A DNA stretch of 63,475 nt, filler included, from Octopus bimaculoides (GCF_001194135.2; 7 parts of 6 records of this genome joined end to end with filler, not necessarily neighbours in it), one strand, 5' to 3'; shown: positions 12,031 to 26,910, counted from the whole stretch's first letter. Notes: generated by a model from the letters alone, not told the origin. Numbers and translations are program-made.

Positions 12031-13404
12031 GTTATATAAAATGGAACCACCAAACGCTCCACAATGCCATACTCTAAAATTGCGTACAATACCATATAAG
12101 ATGAAACAATAAAACATAGTAGCCAGCAATAACAATAAAATATATGCCATGCACATTTATTCTAAAAGCTGTGATTGTTTGACAGCCGCAAATCTTTGAA
12201 AACGTCGCATCAACTGCGTTGTTTTATGCATGATTCCACCATCGTGCTGCAATATATTATTTTTCCAACCGATTCTTTTCCTCCGCCATGAATAAATACG
12301 TATAAAGAATGGTTATACGAGAAAATATCACGTAGAAAATATCTGTCTTACCTTTTAGGTAGACACATGCTAAAAGACAACAACAACAAATATAAAGAGA
12401 CTTACATTCTGCCATCATTTTCATTCTAGGATATCTATGACTTTTATTTTATTTTATTTTATTTGCTGTATTACTATTTACTATTGTTGTTCCGCTTTTT
12501 TTAGATCTTTGCTTTGATTTCTGCATAGTTTCTTTCGTGACTTTTCTCTTTCATTCATCTTGAAATAACTTCATGTTATATCTTCCTTTGTTTTCTCGAC
12601 TTTCTGTTATCGTTCCTTTTTTTTGTGTGCTTTTTCTTCACAATCTAATTTGGCATTCCTCTGTCTGCTTCCCAGTGTTCCTGCATACATATGCATAACT
12701 ACTTGCGCACGCACGCACATATATACTTACATACATACATACACACATATACATACATACATCAATATATGTATATATACATATGTGCACATACATACAC
12801 ACATATATACTTACATGCATACAATATATGTATAAATGTGCATAGGTGCATATACACATTCATACACAAGCACACACATGCAGACAGACACCCACACACA
12901 TACAGTTATGAATGCATAAATGAGAGCCCATTAAGACTACTACTACTACAAATAATAATAATAATGATAAAATGAATCCCGCTGCTGATGTGATTGCTGC
13001 TGCTACAGAAACACTGTTGTTGTGAAGTAAGCAGAGGTGCCACCATGTTGTGGCTTCCTTCAAACCGTGTATTTGAACGACCATTGTATCTCACACAACC
13101 TTCTTATCCAAAGTATTTTGGATTGCCATTTAAGGTACGCTTTTGTATATATTTATCTTTGAACGCATATATTCCTCAAACGACGACAACAGTTTTGTAA
13201 CCCGTGTTACAATTCCTAAGCTGATCCAGAATTATTTTACTTGCGATGCTTCAAAATTTAGATTTCATTTAATATTGCACTCTTAACGCTGCATGTGACA
13301 ACTATGCATCCCCACCACACACTTTTAATGAATATTTGCACACATTGCAAAAAAAATAAGTTGAAGTAAAATGTAAGAATTTGGAATCAATATTGTATTT
13401 TGTT

Positions 13405-14035
13405 TCAAGTTGGCTTGTTGGTTAAAACGTTAGCACGACCGACAAGGCAAAATGCTAACCAGTATCTCATCAGTCTGTTCGTTTCGAGTCCAAACCCCAC
13501 CGAGGTCGGGTCAACTTTGTCTATAATTTTTGTGTCAATGATATAATTAACAGCTGAGCACTGAGGTCGATGTAGTCGACTCAGTTTCTTCCCCGGAATT
13601 TCTGACCATGAGTCAAATTTCAATCCCATGTTATATTTTCCTTGAAGGCGGCGAGCTGGCAAAATCGTTAGCAATCCGCACCAAATGCTTTGCCGCATTT
13701 CTCCTGTGTTTTCATTTTGATTTCAAATCCCGCTGAGGTCNNNNNNNNNNCGAAAGCATATGTACCAGTCAATGCTGTCGATGTAAACGACTTGCTCCCC
13801 CCCCCACGTCCCACCACCGAAATTGCTGGCTTTGTGCCAAAATTTGAAACGGATATTATATCGTACTTAAATTCGGAGAGCCGGCAGAATTGTTAGCACG
13901 CCACCTCGTCTGTCTTTGCTTTCCGAGTTCAAATCCGCTGAAATCGACTAAGTATAAGCTGAATTCTTGAGGGCGATATAACTGACTTACACCCATCCCT
14001 GAAATATTAGGCCTCGTTTCACAATTTGTACTAAT
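13405..14035 (+). mobile_element. Three head-to-tail diverged family B SINEs
   Basis: Three GTTAGCA...TCAAA(T/C)CC...GTCG units starting near 13405, 13645 and 13872. Confidence 0.6.
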
Positions 14036-15641
14036 TGAATTTGAAATTAAATTTTCATTTCTGAATTACGAACTTGAAGAATTTTAGGGTTTATTTCTAA
14101 TGATGATATCGATGAAAAAAAGAACCCCAAAAGAATGTTACCATTGTGCATTTGCACGACTCGTATATTTTTAAAAAAATGGATGGAAATTGGACAGAGG
14201 AATTGTCGCATACTCAAGAAGAAGAAATAAAGTTTCATATTTAACCTGGGACCCATGACACCGCGATTAACGGAACATACTTCCTAATTCTACAACATTC
14301 AGCTCCCTTTTCACCTAATGTTTGCCCTTCATCTCATCTACGCCTGATTCTGTTATTTTCATTTGATTTCCTTCTTTCGGACGTACCTAGTTAGTTTTTC
14401 TTACTACTCCATGTTTTCATATGGAGTTCAAGTCTCTTGTATCTTTTAACAGTTGCAGCCAATTCGTTTAATATAGTAAAAGAACCCTGTTTCTATTTGA
14501 TATTCCATTCTCTGCGGTTATCAGTAAACTTTTGTGTGATTTTAGTAACTGCAGCATTAAATGAATTTGCAAGACGTTAGCTAACGATAGAAATAAATCA
14601 CGTTACTCCAATATCACACATCAGATAGATAGATAGAAAGAGAGATGGGGGGGGGGGAGATATAGATAGATAGATAGATAGATAGGAACAGATTTTCAGT
14701 GGGATGGTTGAATACACGCACAAATTATGAGTGAAGTGAGAGAAAAAAGAAACTAGATAAAAAGGTAGAAATAAATATAGTAAAGATAGATAAATTTCTA
14801 GATAGATCAGGCAAGCAGATAAATATATAGACAGACAGACAGACAGATTTAGACTGAGACATAGAATTATGCAATCTGACAGACTACGATGTTGTTTGAA
14901 ACAGGATGATCGACAGCGTTGGTGTTCTCTCATTGCCTCATTTAGTAAAGGATTTTCATCAGAAAATAAAACTGCATGTTGAATAACGAAAGAGAATAGA
15001 ATTCACTTGTTGGCAATAGCTTTTAAAGGTTGTTGCTTTCTGTTTTTTTTCTTTACGTGGATATACTTTTTGTTATTAAATTTGTATTCTAAATGTTCTG
15101 TAATGCTAAAAGAAATAAGCATTAATATTTATTATTTTATCTTTCTTCTTACTCATCTGTCATTTTTTGTCACTTCAGATGTTCCTTATATTGTTTATGA
15201 TATTATTATTACCCAGTTGGCGTTATTATTATTGCTCGTGTTGTTGTTGTTATGGTTGCTCACGCGTGTGTGATATATTTCGTGAAAAATTCTTTTTGCC
15301 ATATCTTCTAAATACGTGTCTACAGCCGCATTTGTTAATGTTTTAGGTCGCTAATTAAAACAAACATCACATTCCACAGCCTCTCTGTCAAAACGTAAAT
15401 TACCAGTTCAGACAAAAAATTTTTATAAACTCATTAGTTTTAGTGGATTTCGTCTAGCTGTCTACGTTTCTCTTAATATCATTACTTCTCCCTATCTTGC
15501 AGTCTCTCTGCCTCTCACAGCAATTATCTCTCTCTCTCCGTCTTTTATAGTGGACACATACATCAGAGGAATAACAAACGATTGTAAAGAAATAGAAACA
15601 GACACGAACAAGCATACACATATAGACACATATAGGCGCGA

Positions 15642-15672
<31 letters not shown>

Positions 15673-15924
15673 TTGGTCTAATCTGATTTAATTTTTTCAA
15701 TTTATTTTACTCTTGGCTAGCAGTTTTAATTATTTTGTTTGTATAATTTGTTTTCAAATTCATTGTTGTCAGTATTTTGTTTTTATTGTATGCGTTTTGG
15801 ATTTAACATTTATTTCTGAAGATGTCACTTGAACAGACATCTATTTTTACACATGCACATAGCACCAATTGACATAGTGTGAGCATATAGAAGTGTGTGT
15901 GTGTGTGTGTGATACGTACAAGTG

Positions 15925-15968
<44 letters not shown>

Positions 15969-16864
15969 NNNNNNNNNNNNNNNNNNNNNNNNNNNNNNNN
16001 NNNNNNNNNNNNNNNNNNNNNNNNNNNNNNNNNNNNNNNNNNNNNNNNNNNNNNNNNNNNNNNNNNNNNNNNNNNNNNNNNNNNNNNNNNNNNNNNNNNN
16101 NNNNNNNNNNNNNNNNNNNNNNNNNNNNNNNNNNNNNATATATATACACACACACATACACAGAGAGAGAGCGGGAGAGAGAGCGGAAGAGAAAGAGAGC
16201 GAGAGAGAGAAATATGGAATAATTCGTTTCTGAGGCAAATCTAACGTTGGAACACGTGAAATGTTTTTGGGAATTTATCCCATCACTCGAAAACCGGTCA
16301 ATTTCCCCCTCTTCTGATGTTCTTCAACTTTTCCACATTTCCAAGTTATTCAGTCGATATCTCTTTTGTCGTTCGTTTTATCATCCTGTATGGTTATAAC
16401 AACAATTTTTTTTTTCTTTTTCAAGTAAACATCTCGTCTTCCTCATGCGACCGAATCACTGCACTTCACCGTTTCTGACTTCACATCACAAGTTTTCAAT
16501 TAAAACACAACACATTAATTTATTTGCTAACTGCGTTTTGTGTCGATATTCCACTTATATAACATTAAGAATTCCATGAAAGCATTCCATTGTTAAGGAT
16601 CGTAAACTCTTATCAATGTTTTTTTTTAAATTCAACCATTGACCACTTCAATAAGAAAGAATATTGTCCTGTTTTGCATTAGCCTTGATGTGTGCGTGTG
16701 TGTGCGTGCGTGTGTGTGCGTGCGTGTGTGTTTGTCACCCATCAACACGTAACAACTGGTGTTGGATGGATTACGTTCCCATATCTTAGAGGTTCGAGAA
16801 AAGACGCTGATAAAGAAAGATACAATATTTAAGAATACTAAGATCTGAAGTCTATTAATTCGGG

Positions 16865-16937
16865 TGAAAATCCTTGAAAGCGGTGCTCCAGCATGGCCGC
16901 AGTCTAATAACTGAAACAAGATAGAAGATAAAGGATA
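16865..16937 (+). mobile_element. SINE family A 3' tail fragment
   Basis: GCGGTGCTCCAGCATGGCCGCAGTCTAATAACTGAAACAAG followed by (AGATA)n-like tail. Confidence 0.7.
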
Positions 16938-17134
16938 AATATACTGAATGAAAGTCTGCCTTGCCAACCGTCAAAACATTGATATTCCCAGACCAGAAGC
17001 AGACAACAAGACCAAATACAGCGACAAGATTGACACCAAAGCGAGCAGCAGGGGAGGGGAAAGAAAATGTAATCTCCGTCTCTCACAAACGGATATCGAT
17101 TTTTTAACAGAGATCATATCACGGAGAGCAACAA

Positions 17135-17447
17135 ATTAGACAATGGTAAGTCCAACGGCACCAGCAAAATTATCATCACTGTCAGCAGTAACAGCAGCAT
17201 CAACATCACCATTTTCGACACCATGGTTAACATCATAAATATCACTACCACCACCGCTACACCCACCACAGCCACTACCACAACAATAAACAATAACAAA
17301 CACCATTACCTCTGCCGTAACCACCACCACAACCCCCACCACCGTCATGATCTTGATAGCCATCCACAATACCATCGCAAACAGTCGCCGCACTCAACGC
17401 CACTACCATTACCACCATCATCATCATGACAACGACAACTCCGACGA

Positions 17448-17478
<31 letters not shown>

Positions 17479-17660
17479 AACGATCGTCAAAGCAGGGCTT
17501 CTCCAAATCAACGTCACCAACATCAACAACAACAGCATTAATAATTCCATCAACACTAACAAGAATACCAGAAACCTTAGCAACAATAACAAGAGCGAGA
17601 TGACAAACCAGCACCCCCTACCACCACTACCAATAAACAAAGAACATCAACAGTAATACT
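17135..17660. repeat. Degenerate CAC/CAA/CAT trinucleotide tract. Similar tracts at ~19190-19400, 22500-22580, 23270-23460, 28320-28570, 29650-29770, 32200-32320, 34920-35060 and 61650-61737
   Basis: Directly visible low-complexity triplet periodicity. Confidence 0.9.
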
Positions 17661-17972
17661 AATATCAAAAATAAAGCGAATAGCAACACATTGAACATTA
17701 TCGCGAACACATCAATAAATTTATGCAAAACAATTATTTCTTGTCTCGGCCCAGCAATTGTCGTGTCTTTGGAAATGGCGTGAAGACACAACAGACTTTG
17801 ATGGATAACGATAGCGGCTTTGCAGCTTAAATATATATAACGGACTGTATGCAGAAACCGTGTCTGTGTCCAGAGGAGAGATGGTGATGCTGCAGCTGCT
17901 ACTGATGATGGTGATGACGATGAAGGCGGCTGTCGTATTGCTGGTGATGAGGGGTGTATGCTTGCACATAAT

Positions 17973-18010
<38 letters not shown>

Positions 18011-18604
18011 TGCTTTTATAGATATATACTTGCATACATACAAATATATATAAATTCATGTATATATACATAACCGGGAACGACGAACTGTAGTCAGTTA
18101 TCATGGATTACTTCTAGGGGAGCGATATTCTCTTGTAAAACCTACTCGCGTTGTGCAAGTGTTTGTCGTTATATTCCAGCGACGCAAAGGGCTCTAGTTA
18201 TGGTGAAACAATTTGTCATTTCATTGTCTGAAAGTGTTGGGGGAAAATCGAAGTGTGCAATCCTAATTACACTGGAAAAGTTGAACTTCAAATAAAACAA
18301 ATACTGACCGCAACAATCCAGGGGAAGATGCAACACTGTTTCATGTTTTTTACGCTTGAAACCGTGTAGTCTGCAATGGGACTGAACGCTCTACTGAGCG
18401 GCAATAAACGGAACGTCAGAAATTCCATTGGCAATGTGGTTGCACAAAGTGACGGCCACCAAAGGCGATGATGGTGCAACAACCATGTCGATATGTAAAT
18501 GATCGTTCAGTTTTATTTCAAGATTTCTTGCCAATAGAGAAAGGGACGTTTTCTAACCTAGATCCATGGAGTTTCAGCAACATCAACAGGATATGTATGC
18601 ATGC

Positions 18605-18637
<33 letters not shown>

Positions 18638-19612
18638 TACATGCAAAGTTATGTTTTATTTTATGCATGTCCTCTCATGCGTATAGTGGAATATGTAGAC
18701 ATGTTATATATACCTAAATGATAGTTTTATAGATTTTAGTGTTCTAGTGATGACNNNNNNNNNNNNNNNNNNNNNNNNNNNNNNNNNNNNNNNNNNNNNN
18801 NNNNNNNNNNNNNNNNNNNNNNNNNNNNNNNNNNNNNNNNNNNNNNNNNNNNNNNNNNNNNNNNNNNNNNNNNNNNNNNNNNNNNNNNNNNNNNNNNNNN
18901 NNNNNNNNNNNNNNNNNNNNNNNNNNNNNNNNNNNNNNNNNNNNNNNNNNNNNNNNNNNNNNNNNNNNNNNNNNNNNNNNNNNNNNNNNNNNNNNNNNNN
19001 NNNNNNNNNNNNNNNNNNNNNNNNNNNNNNNNNNNNNNNNNNNNNNNNNNNNNNNNNNNNNNNNNNNNNNNNNNNNNNNNNNNNNNNNNNNNNNNNNNNN
19101 NNNNNNNNNNNNNNNNNNNNNNNNNNNNNNNNNNNNNNNNNNNNNNNNNNNNNNNNNNNNNNNNNNNNNNNNNNNNNNNNNNNNNNNNGCGTTACCAGCA
19201 GCAACACCACCACCAAGAACAACAACAAAAATAACATCAACAATAAGAAAGCCACCGGCAACAATAACAAAACGAACAACAACAACATTAGAACAGAACT
19301 ACCACCAACAACAACAACCATGGCACCAGAAATAACAATTGCAATCACAACAAAAACTGTACAACAACCAACAAAAACAAGGAGAACCGCACAACAAAAT
19401 GGCATCAATTATGTTTACAAATGCAAAGTTTGCCTTTCTATCTTTATTGTTTACATAAGATTAATTTCCGTTTTCAAAGAATGCTGCCAACATCTGTAAT
19501 TAGCGATTTAATCACATATTCATATACAACACATGTTACAAGGTAAACACCGACAATGAACACACCTATACACAAAAAAATATATACACGTGCACACGCA
19601 TACCAATGTATT

Positions 19613-19651
<39 letters not shown>

Positions 19652-21299
19652 GCGAATGTGTGTATGTATATATATAGAGAGAGAGATAGCTAACCTCCTC
19701 TCCATTTATTTCTCCCTGTATACTCCATTCTTTTTCTCTCTCTATACACACATTCACAGCATACATACACAATATACAAAAATACAAACCCTTGCATATA
19801 TGTATGTGCGTGTGTGTATATACATATAAATTTATGTATATATACACACACACGCATTTGTATGTCAGTATTAATTATGCATGTATACCGAGTGTTTTAC
19901 TTCGCTTCAAATATTTCGGATCCTTGAGTCAGCCTGAGAGGAAAAAATTATTTGGCAAGAGACCTTGTNNNNNNNNNNNNNNNNNNNNNNNNNNNNNNNN
20001 NNNNNNNNNNNNNNNNNNNNNNNNNNNNNNNNNNNNNNNNNNNNNNNNNNNNNNNNNNNNNNNNNNNNNNNNTATATATATTGACAGAAAACGTAAGACA
20101 ACAAAAGAGACCTCGATATTATGTCAATAGAAGAATTTATCTGTAAATAATGTGACATGAGAAAACTCCGAGTTTTGGAACATTTTTTGATGGCCGGATA
20201 ACTGAAGAGATGGCGGCGTGAGTTTTATTTTTATATATATATATATATATATATGCCACACTCGCAGAGGCAGAATAATTATGTTTGAATCTGGAAGTAA
20301 AGCAAGTCAGGGGTCTTTATTTAGTACTTTAAATGCTTCTATATATGGGATATTCATAATACAAATAGTTCTGAAATTTGTTATAAAGTATAACAACCAT
20401 CAATTTATTTTTTTAGTCGAAATATAGTAGATTTAACAGTAAAGTACGTTATTGGAATATATTTTACTAACAACGGAAAGATAAATCGCAGAGAAATTTG
20501 ATTAAATTTTTAGTAAGCACATATTATATCACTATATTGACTATTTACTTCCAGCGTTTATCGCAGGCATTTTTCATGGAAACAAATGGTTTAACAATAA
20601 CAATTTTCTGATATATTAGAAGCATGTATTGTATCGATTTAATCGATCAAATTGACAATATTTATAAAGGAAACAATACTCTACACAGATTCTTTAGTCT
20701 TCTTTGTCAAATTGAATATAAGATTCAGCAAACTGCTGGAGTTAATCTAAGAAAAATAAAATAAAGTGATGAAATTAAAATTTTTTTTTTTTCTTTCTTC
20801 CGATAAAACCTATGAATTACCTCCGTCATTCTTAGGTCTGACAAAGAGTAGATTAATGTATATTTTTATTTGTTAGCCTGATACGACCGAATTACAACCG
20901 GAATTTTTGCCGAAAATGAAACTCGGTTCATATTCCAGTTGTGAGTATTAATGAATTTGTGATGGCTAATATTTAGATATTATCGTTAATGATTTCTTCG
21001 CTACATTTCGAGAATAGCTGCCAGTATTTAAACATTTTTGGAAATACGTCTTATTTACAATATTGGTCCCCAATTAAATGTTTACATTATATTACATTAT
21101 ATTCTTATATACGGAATATAATTGTAATTAATGAGATTAGGGATTATGCAGTGTGAAGAAATGAGGGAGTTAGAGGAAAACCACTCATAAAAATCGTATT
21201 TTAGAAAAGAGTGCAAGCAAATTCCAATTTCCAAAATCCAGAAGCAAAACAGAATATTTAAAACGAAGTATCCAACCTTAGATTGCATGTTGCTTTGAA

Positions 21300-21515
21300 A
21301 TTATGGCACAAAGCCTATATCATTATGTGGGGTGGGTTGGCGGAGGAGGTCGATTACATCGACCCCAGCACTCAAGCGTTACACATTTTATCGACTCCGA
21401 AAGGATGAAAGGTAAAGTTCCCCTCCGCGGAATTTAAACTCTGAACGTAAGGACGGACGAAATTCCATTGAGCAATTTACCCGGCGTGGTAATGGTTCTG
21501 CCATGTCACCATCAC
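21300..21515 (-). mobile_element. SINE family B
   Basis: CGATTACATCGACCCCAG..TTTTATCGACTCCGAAAGGATGAAAGGTAAAGT is the reverse complement of the core. Confidence 0.7.
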
Positions 21516-21619
21516 ATAAAGCTTCATTGTAATAATGGAACCTGAAACCCATCGTTAGAAATTGGATTATATTTATAAATAGTGTATCAGTTCTAATGAT
21601 AAGCTACAATTTAAATGTA

Positions 21620-22140
21620 ATTACTTGGAAGTTCCTTGAACTGAACATCCGACACAGGAAAACCTATTCTTGTATCTACATACAACATCCCTGGAGCAAC
21701 GATAGATATGCCCACCACATGAAAATGAAGGAAGTGTTTTGATAAAAATAGTTCGAAACATCACAAAGCAACGGCAAGCGGTCTACAAATATTTAGAACC
21801 AAGCAAAGAAAGCCTGAATAGTATAATAGAGATGTATGAAGGAAATTTCAAAAGAAACATTTCTCTAGAAAATAGGAGCTAATTATACAGAATAAAATGG
21901 TTAGCAAACACTCAAAATAAGAAAAATTGTCAAATGAAAGCAGAAAGTCTAAAACATACAGAAAAATAAAATGGTGAGAAAAACCTTTCCATGGTGAATA
22001 TCCTGCAAGACTCGACAGAAAGGAAATACGTCAACATGAAAGCCATCAATAGCTTAAAAACGATGAACTATAGACAAAAACGGAAGACTGGATTTTAACA
22101 GAACAATAACATTGCTTAGCTTCAAAGCAAATACGAAAAG
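21620..22140 (+). mobile_element. R4/Dong-like LINE internal relic (post-RT region)
   Basis: KW*EKPFHGEYPARLDRKEIRQHESHQ*LKNDEL*TKTEDWILTEQ resembles the W..KPLHGQY...S..WL..G.LK.ETEG.I.AAQ motif. Confidence 0.6.
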
Positions 22141-23489
22141 CAGCCAGAAGGAAGCCAAAGAACAAATACGCAATTATTTAGGCTTACTAGAAATAGCAAC
22201 TGAAGATCGAAAATGAAAGCTGTATTGTCATAATTATAGGAAGGACGCATCAAAAAATGCCATCACATACACATGCGGGTATGCGTGCATGTGTGAGAGT
22301 GTTTGCATGCATTCATATATGCATGTATGTGTGTGTATACATATATTATATATGTATATACATAGACACATATATACATTTATATGCGTGCAAAATTGTA
22401 CATTATATATATATATATATAATGTTCAGATAGATAAATATATGCTCATACATGTAAGCGTAGCTACAAGACCACTGAGACCATCACCACTACTCCATAC
22501 AATTACTACTACTACTACTACTACTGTTGCTGATGGTTATGCTGCTGCGGATGATGTTACTACAACTACTAGAATCAGGAGGAAAAACATAATATGAAAG
22601 GTTGCATCTTATAGCTATGTCTACAATATAAAACAGCAATAAGCCCTCAAATAAGATCTCTCGCTGGATAAGGAAAGGGTTGGGTACGTTTGAGAACGCA
22701 GAAACACATGGTATACTTGGATAAATACATAACTAAATTTGCAGATATATTTGTTTGTAATTTCGGCAAAAGTCTAGCAGATTACAGGCGGTTATTTGAT
22801 AACATAGGGGTTCGTAGAAAGAGTGTTAGTTGATCACATGGACCCTAGCATTTGGTAGGAGAATCATTGACTCCAAAAGAATGAGAGGCAAATTCAACAT
22901 TGGAGCGCAAGCCGCCGAAATAAATATCCTCATGGATGTTACCTCTTCCTTGTGACACATATTTAATATTAGAAATCTTAACATATGACCTACCGTCCTT
23001 CCAGACCATAGGATTTATTTGACGGGAGAAATGGCTGCAATTTCTAGCACATTTTCTGATCAAATAGAGACCCTTCGGTTCAATAACCAACTCAATCAAT
23101 AAGATCTATGACATTCCAGCTAGGACGTTCCGGCTGTGACCAAAATTTTGATTTGTATTTAGAATTTAACGGACAACCTACATCATTTGTCGTTCTTTTA
23201 CTTCTAAGATTAAAATATCTCAGACGAGGTTTCTGTATGACCGAGTAGCATTGTTGAGAAAGCTTAGCGGAAGAGTTGATGGCGATGATCAAGGACGTGA
23301 TGCAGGTGAAGGGGCTGGAGTTGGTAATTGTAATGATGAACAAAACGATGTATTTTGCGATAATGAGTAGGTTGATGATAACAATGATGATGATGAGGAA
23401 GAGGAACAGAATAAGGTGAAGGGTCATAATGGTGAGGATGATGATGCAAAGGGGAAGACAGTGTAAACGAACAGAAACGGTAAATTAAC

Positions 23490-23830
23490 CCCACCCCACC
23501 CATATAAGCATCACTGGGATTGCATTAGTTACCACGACGACTTTCCAGGTAAACCAATCAGCGGAACAACCTGCTAATGAAATCAACGTGTAATTGACTG
23601 AGTTCTCCAGGACACGCGTACCTTTTACATAGATTTCAGAGAGATTCAGCTCGACACAAAGTACCAATGCGAGCCCTTTGAATTTAAGGTAAAGCTCATT
23701 TTTGCCAGCTGAGTGGACTCGAACAACGTAAAATGAAGTGTCTTGCTGAAGGACACGACGCATTGCCAGGAATCGAACTCTCATCTTTATGATCGTTAGA
23801 CAAATACACTAACAATACGCAACACGCCTT
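23490..23830 (-). mobile_element. SINE family C
   Basis: Minus strand GAGAGTTCGATTCCTGG..GTGTCCTTCAGCAAGACACTTCATTTTACGTTG..CACTCAGCTG; core shared with 51206-51556 and 44765-45043. Confidence 0.7.
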
Positions 23831-23849
23831 CACAATTCAATAAATGATT

Positions 23850-24070
23850 CCTTTCTACAATAGACACAAGGCCTGAAATATTGTGTGAGGGGTACAACCG
23901 ATTAGATCGACTCGACCCCAGTAGAGAAATGGTAGTTAATTTATCGAAAACGAAAATATGAAAGTAAAGTCGACTTCGTCGGGATTTGAACTCAGGACGT
24001 AGAAAAAGGGCGAAATACCGCTAAGCATTTTGCCCGGCGCGCTAACGATTCTGTCAGCTCGTCGCCTTAT
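23850..24070 (-). mobile_element. SINE family B, full length
   Basis: Head AAGGCGACGAGCTGACAGAATCGTTAGCG through tail AGGCCTTGTGTCTATTGTAGAAA on the minus strand. Confidence 0.8.
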
Positions 24071-26910
24071 ACAATAATGATAATAATAAACGACTAATGT
24101 ACATCTATTGTCAATATATCTGCCTCCCCCCCTTTCGTCCCTNNNNNNNNNNNNNNNNNNNNNNNNNNNNNNAAAATAAGTCAACAATATTGGCAGATCC
24201 TTTTTGAATGTGAGTAACATACAGACAGACGCGTAGACAAGCCAATATATCCAACGAAATAAGTTTAATCCAGCAAAGAATTCTAATGACGCCATCTTCG
24301 AAAGACAAAAGCAAAACACACAATTTGATACTAAATCTGGCATTCACAATTACATATAAAGTCATACATTTTTCTTACTATTTACTTAAGTTTACTCATT
24401 TCTATTATAAAGATTTGCTGTTGTTTTTTTCTTCTTTTTTAATGGTTATATTTATAAGTAATTTTGATGTGATTTAATTTAAGGCATTATTTTCTGGGTG
24501 GAATTACTTCCACTCTAAAGACTAAAGAAAATAACGAACACACCTAGATACACAAACACACATACGCATGCATTAGCTCAAGAACAAAATTGGCGTTTAT
24601 ACAACCCTAACACACAAACATACACACACCTACATGCAGACTTAATTACATATATGTATACGTAAGGGCGCACAGAACCACATGCATTTGTACACGCACA
24701 CACATACACCTAAGTATATATTTATTTAACTAACTAGAAACAAAGAAAAAACACAGAACTTGATTCTATGCTTCCATTCCTGTATTTGTATCTTATTCTT
24801 ATCTACTTATCTGTGTGCCTGTCACTTTCTCACGTTTTCACTCACTACCTATTTATTTGTTTAATATATATCTAATCTTGCATCTATTCTTCTGCCATTC
24901 TACTCTCTCATCAATCTACCTATCTAATTATCAAAATATCTCTCCAAATTTCCCTATCTCTATATCGTCATCTCTGTTTCTCAACCTCAGGTTGTATATA
25001 TATATATATATACATACACAATCTCCTATATGAACTGATGTAAGTATTCATAGATATACTCATATACGCTTATGTATGTATATCTACACACATGTATGCG
25101 CATGTATATACGTAAGTTCAAACAGACACATATGCATATTATATTATATATTTGCTTGTCTATATAAATATAGTATGCTATCTATGCACCCAACGATTTC
25201 TTTATACACACACACACACACACATATATATATACATACATAGATTAAATTTACAAGAAGAAAAAAGACGAAGACAGGTGTAGGAATAACAAGCAGGTGT
25301 ATTAGTTTAACGTTCATGAAAATGTAACTGTCTTTTACGTTACGAGCCTACGTTCTGCGACCGAAAGGAATAAGAGGTAAAAATGGAGAGTCGAAAAAAC
25401 CAGAAAAATAGTGAGTGAAAAAGAACTGTGTAGAGTTCGGCGGTCCAGCATAGCGGGAGGACTTGAAACTAAGACCTTAAATGAACGGGAGATAATAATA
25501 GTGATCCGCACGAACTCAGTTAAGCGAGTGCGTGTGGGAATGGTTTGTGTGAGTGTGAACGAGTGAATAGGGGCGATTAGGAATAATGTGTGTGTGTGGG
25601 TGTGTGTAACATATACGTGTGTATGTGTGCGTTATGTGTAGCAATTGTTGCGTGCTCTTTCAAGTGTACATGTGTGTGTGTGTGTGTGTGTGACCAAATA
25701 GTGTGCATGTGTATAGTGTATACTTGTGGGCAAAAGTTATTTGTCTCTTATTATAGAAACAAAAGTGTTAATAGGACTGCAACAGAAGTGCTCAAATAGG
25801 AATGAGACGAAGATAAATAAGCATTAGTTATAGAACAAAGACTTTTGGGTCAACGACTTTACATACAACACCACCCCTCAAATATTTAATCATATATAAA
25901 AAAAAAAACACCATGGTCAACAACCATATAAAAAAAATAATACGTATACATAAAATTACAGAATGTAAAAATATATATTCTAATAAAATACAAATAGAAC
26001 GATTTATCAAAAGGTACATATAGCGACTAAAAATTCAAAACTATGAAAAGCCTACTGGAGAAAAATAAAATAAAGATAAAATAAAAGTCCACCGACTAAA
26101 AAGATTTTATCTGACGATTAAAATAGTTTTTAAAGATTATTAATTTTTTAAAAATTATTTAAACTCTTTTTAATTAAAAATAAAAGAAATATTTGAAACG
26201 GTCTCTTACCTCCCTCACACAGGTAAATCCAAAGTGCAAAAGTAAGTAGATTTCCACAGGTTAAATTTACGTACATTTTGAAAAAAGTCTTTTACTCCGC
26301 TCACACAAATACGTTCAAAGTTCACAATAAAAAGATATCACCCGTCAAATTCAACATTCACAAATATCTATGGCCATTTCGGGAGCTCACAACCGTAGTT
26401 CATTTATTCTAAAGTGCATAATGGCGATGACCCCCAACGTCAGGATAAATATGAAACATGCACAGATTTACTTTTATGAAAAAAAATGCTTATACCTCTT
26501 AATGAAAAGCTTATATAATTTAAGAAGAACCCATTAGCGGACCAATCCAAATTTCCTACAGAAAAAAAAAACAATTGTTAAACAATGAGGTGACTGTTAA
26601 CAGAAATTCAGCCTTGCCGGCTTCAAATCCCCGTAACGTTAACAATTTTATATCTATTTTTAATTCTATATACTTTAAAAAACGTGGACGAAAGCCTATG
26701 GATGCAAAAATGGATCACCTCAGTAAATCTATTCAAACTTTTTGGCCCAAAAGACTTAAGGATTGCAAAGGATTCCTTTACACACAAATTTCGCTTATTT
26801 ATATTTACTCTGAAGTAAGGGTCTCTCGAAATATCGGACCATTCTAGTGAATAACTCTTATTATTCTTTTCTTAGATCATGTAAATAAGATGCGAGTATG
26901 GTAGAGCTAC

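Noticed and set aside
17114-17660. His/Thr/Val-rich ORFs
   Set aside because: Degenerate triplet repeat open in several frames on both strands; no splice or codon evidence.
14090-18560. Protein-looking short frames at ~14100-14250 and ~18230-18500
   Set aside because: Several frames look equally plausible with frequent stops; consistent with chance.
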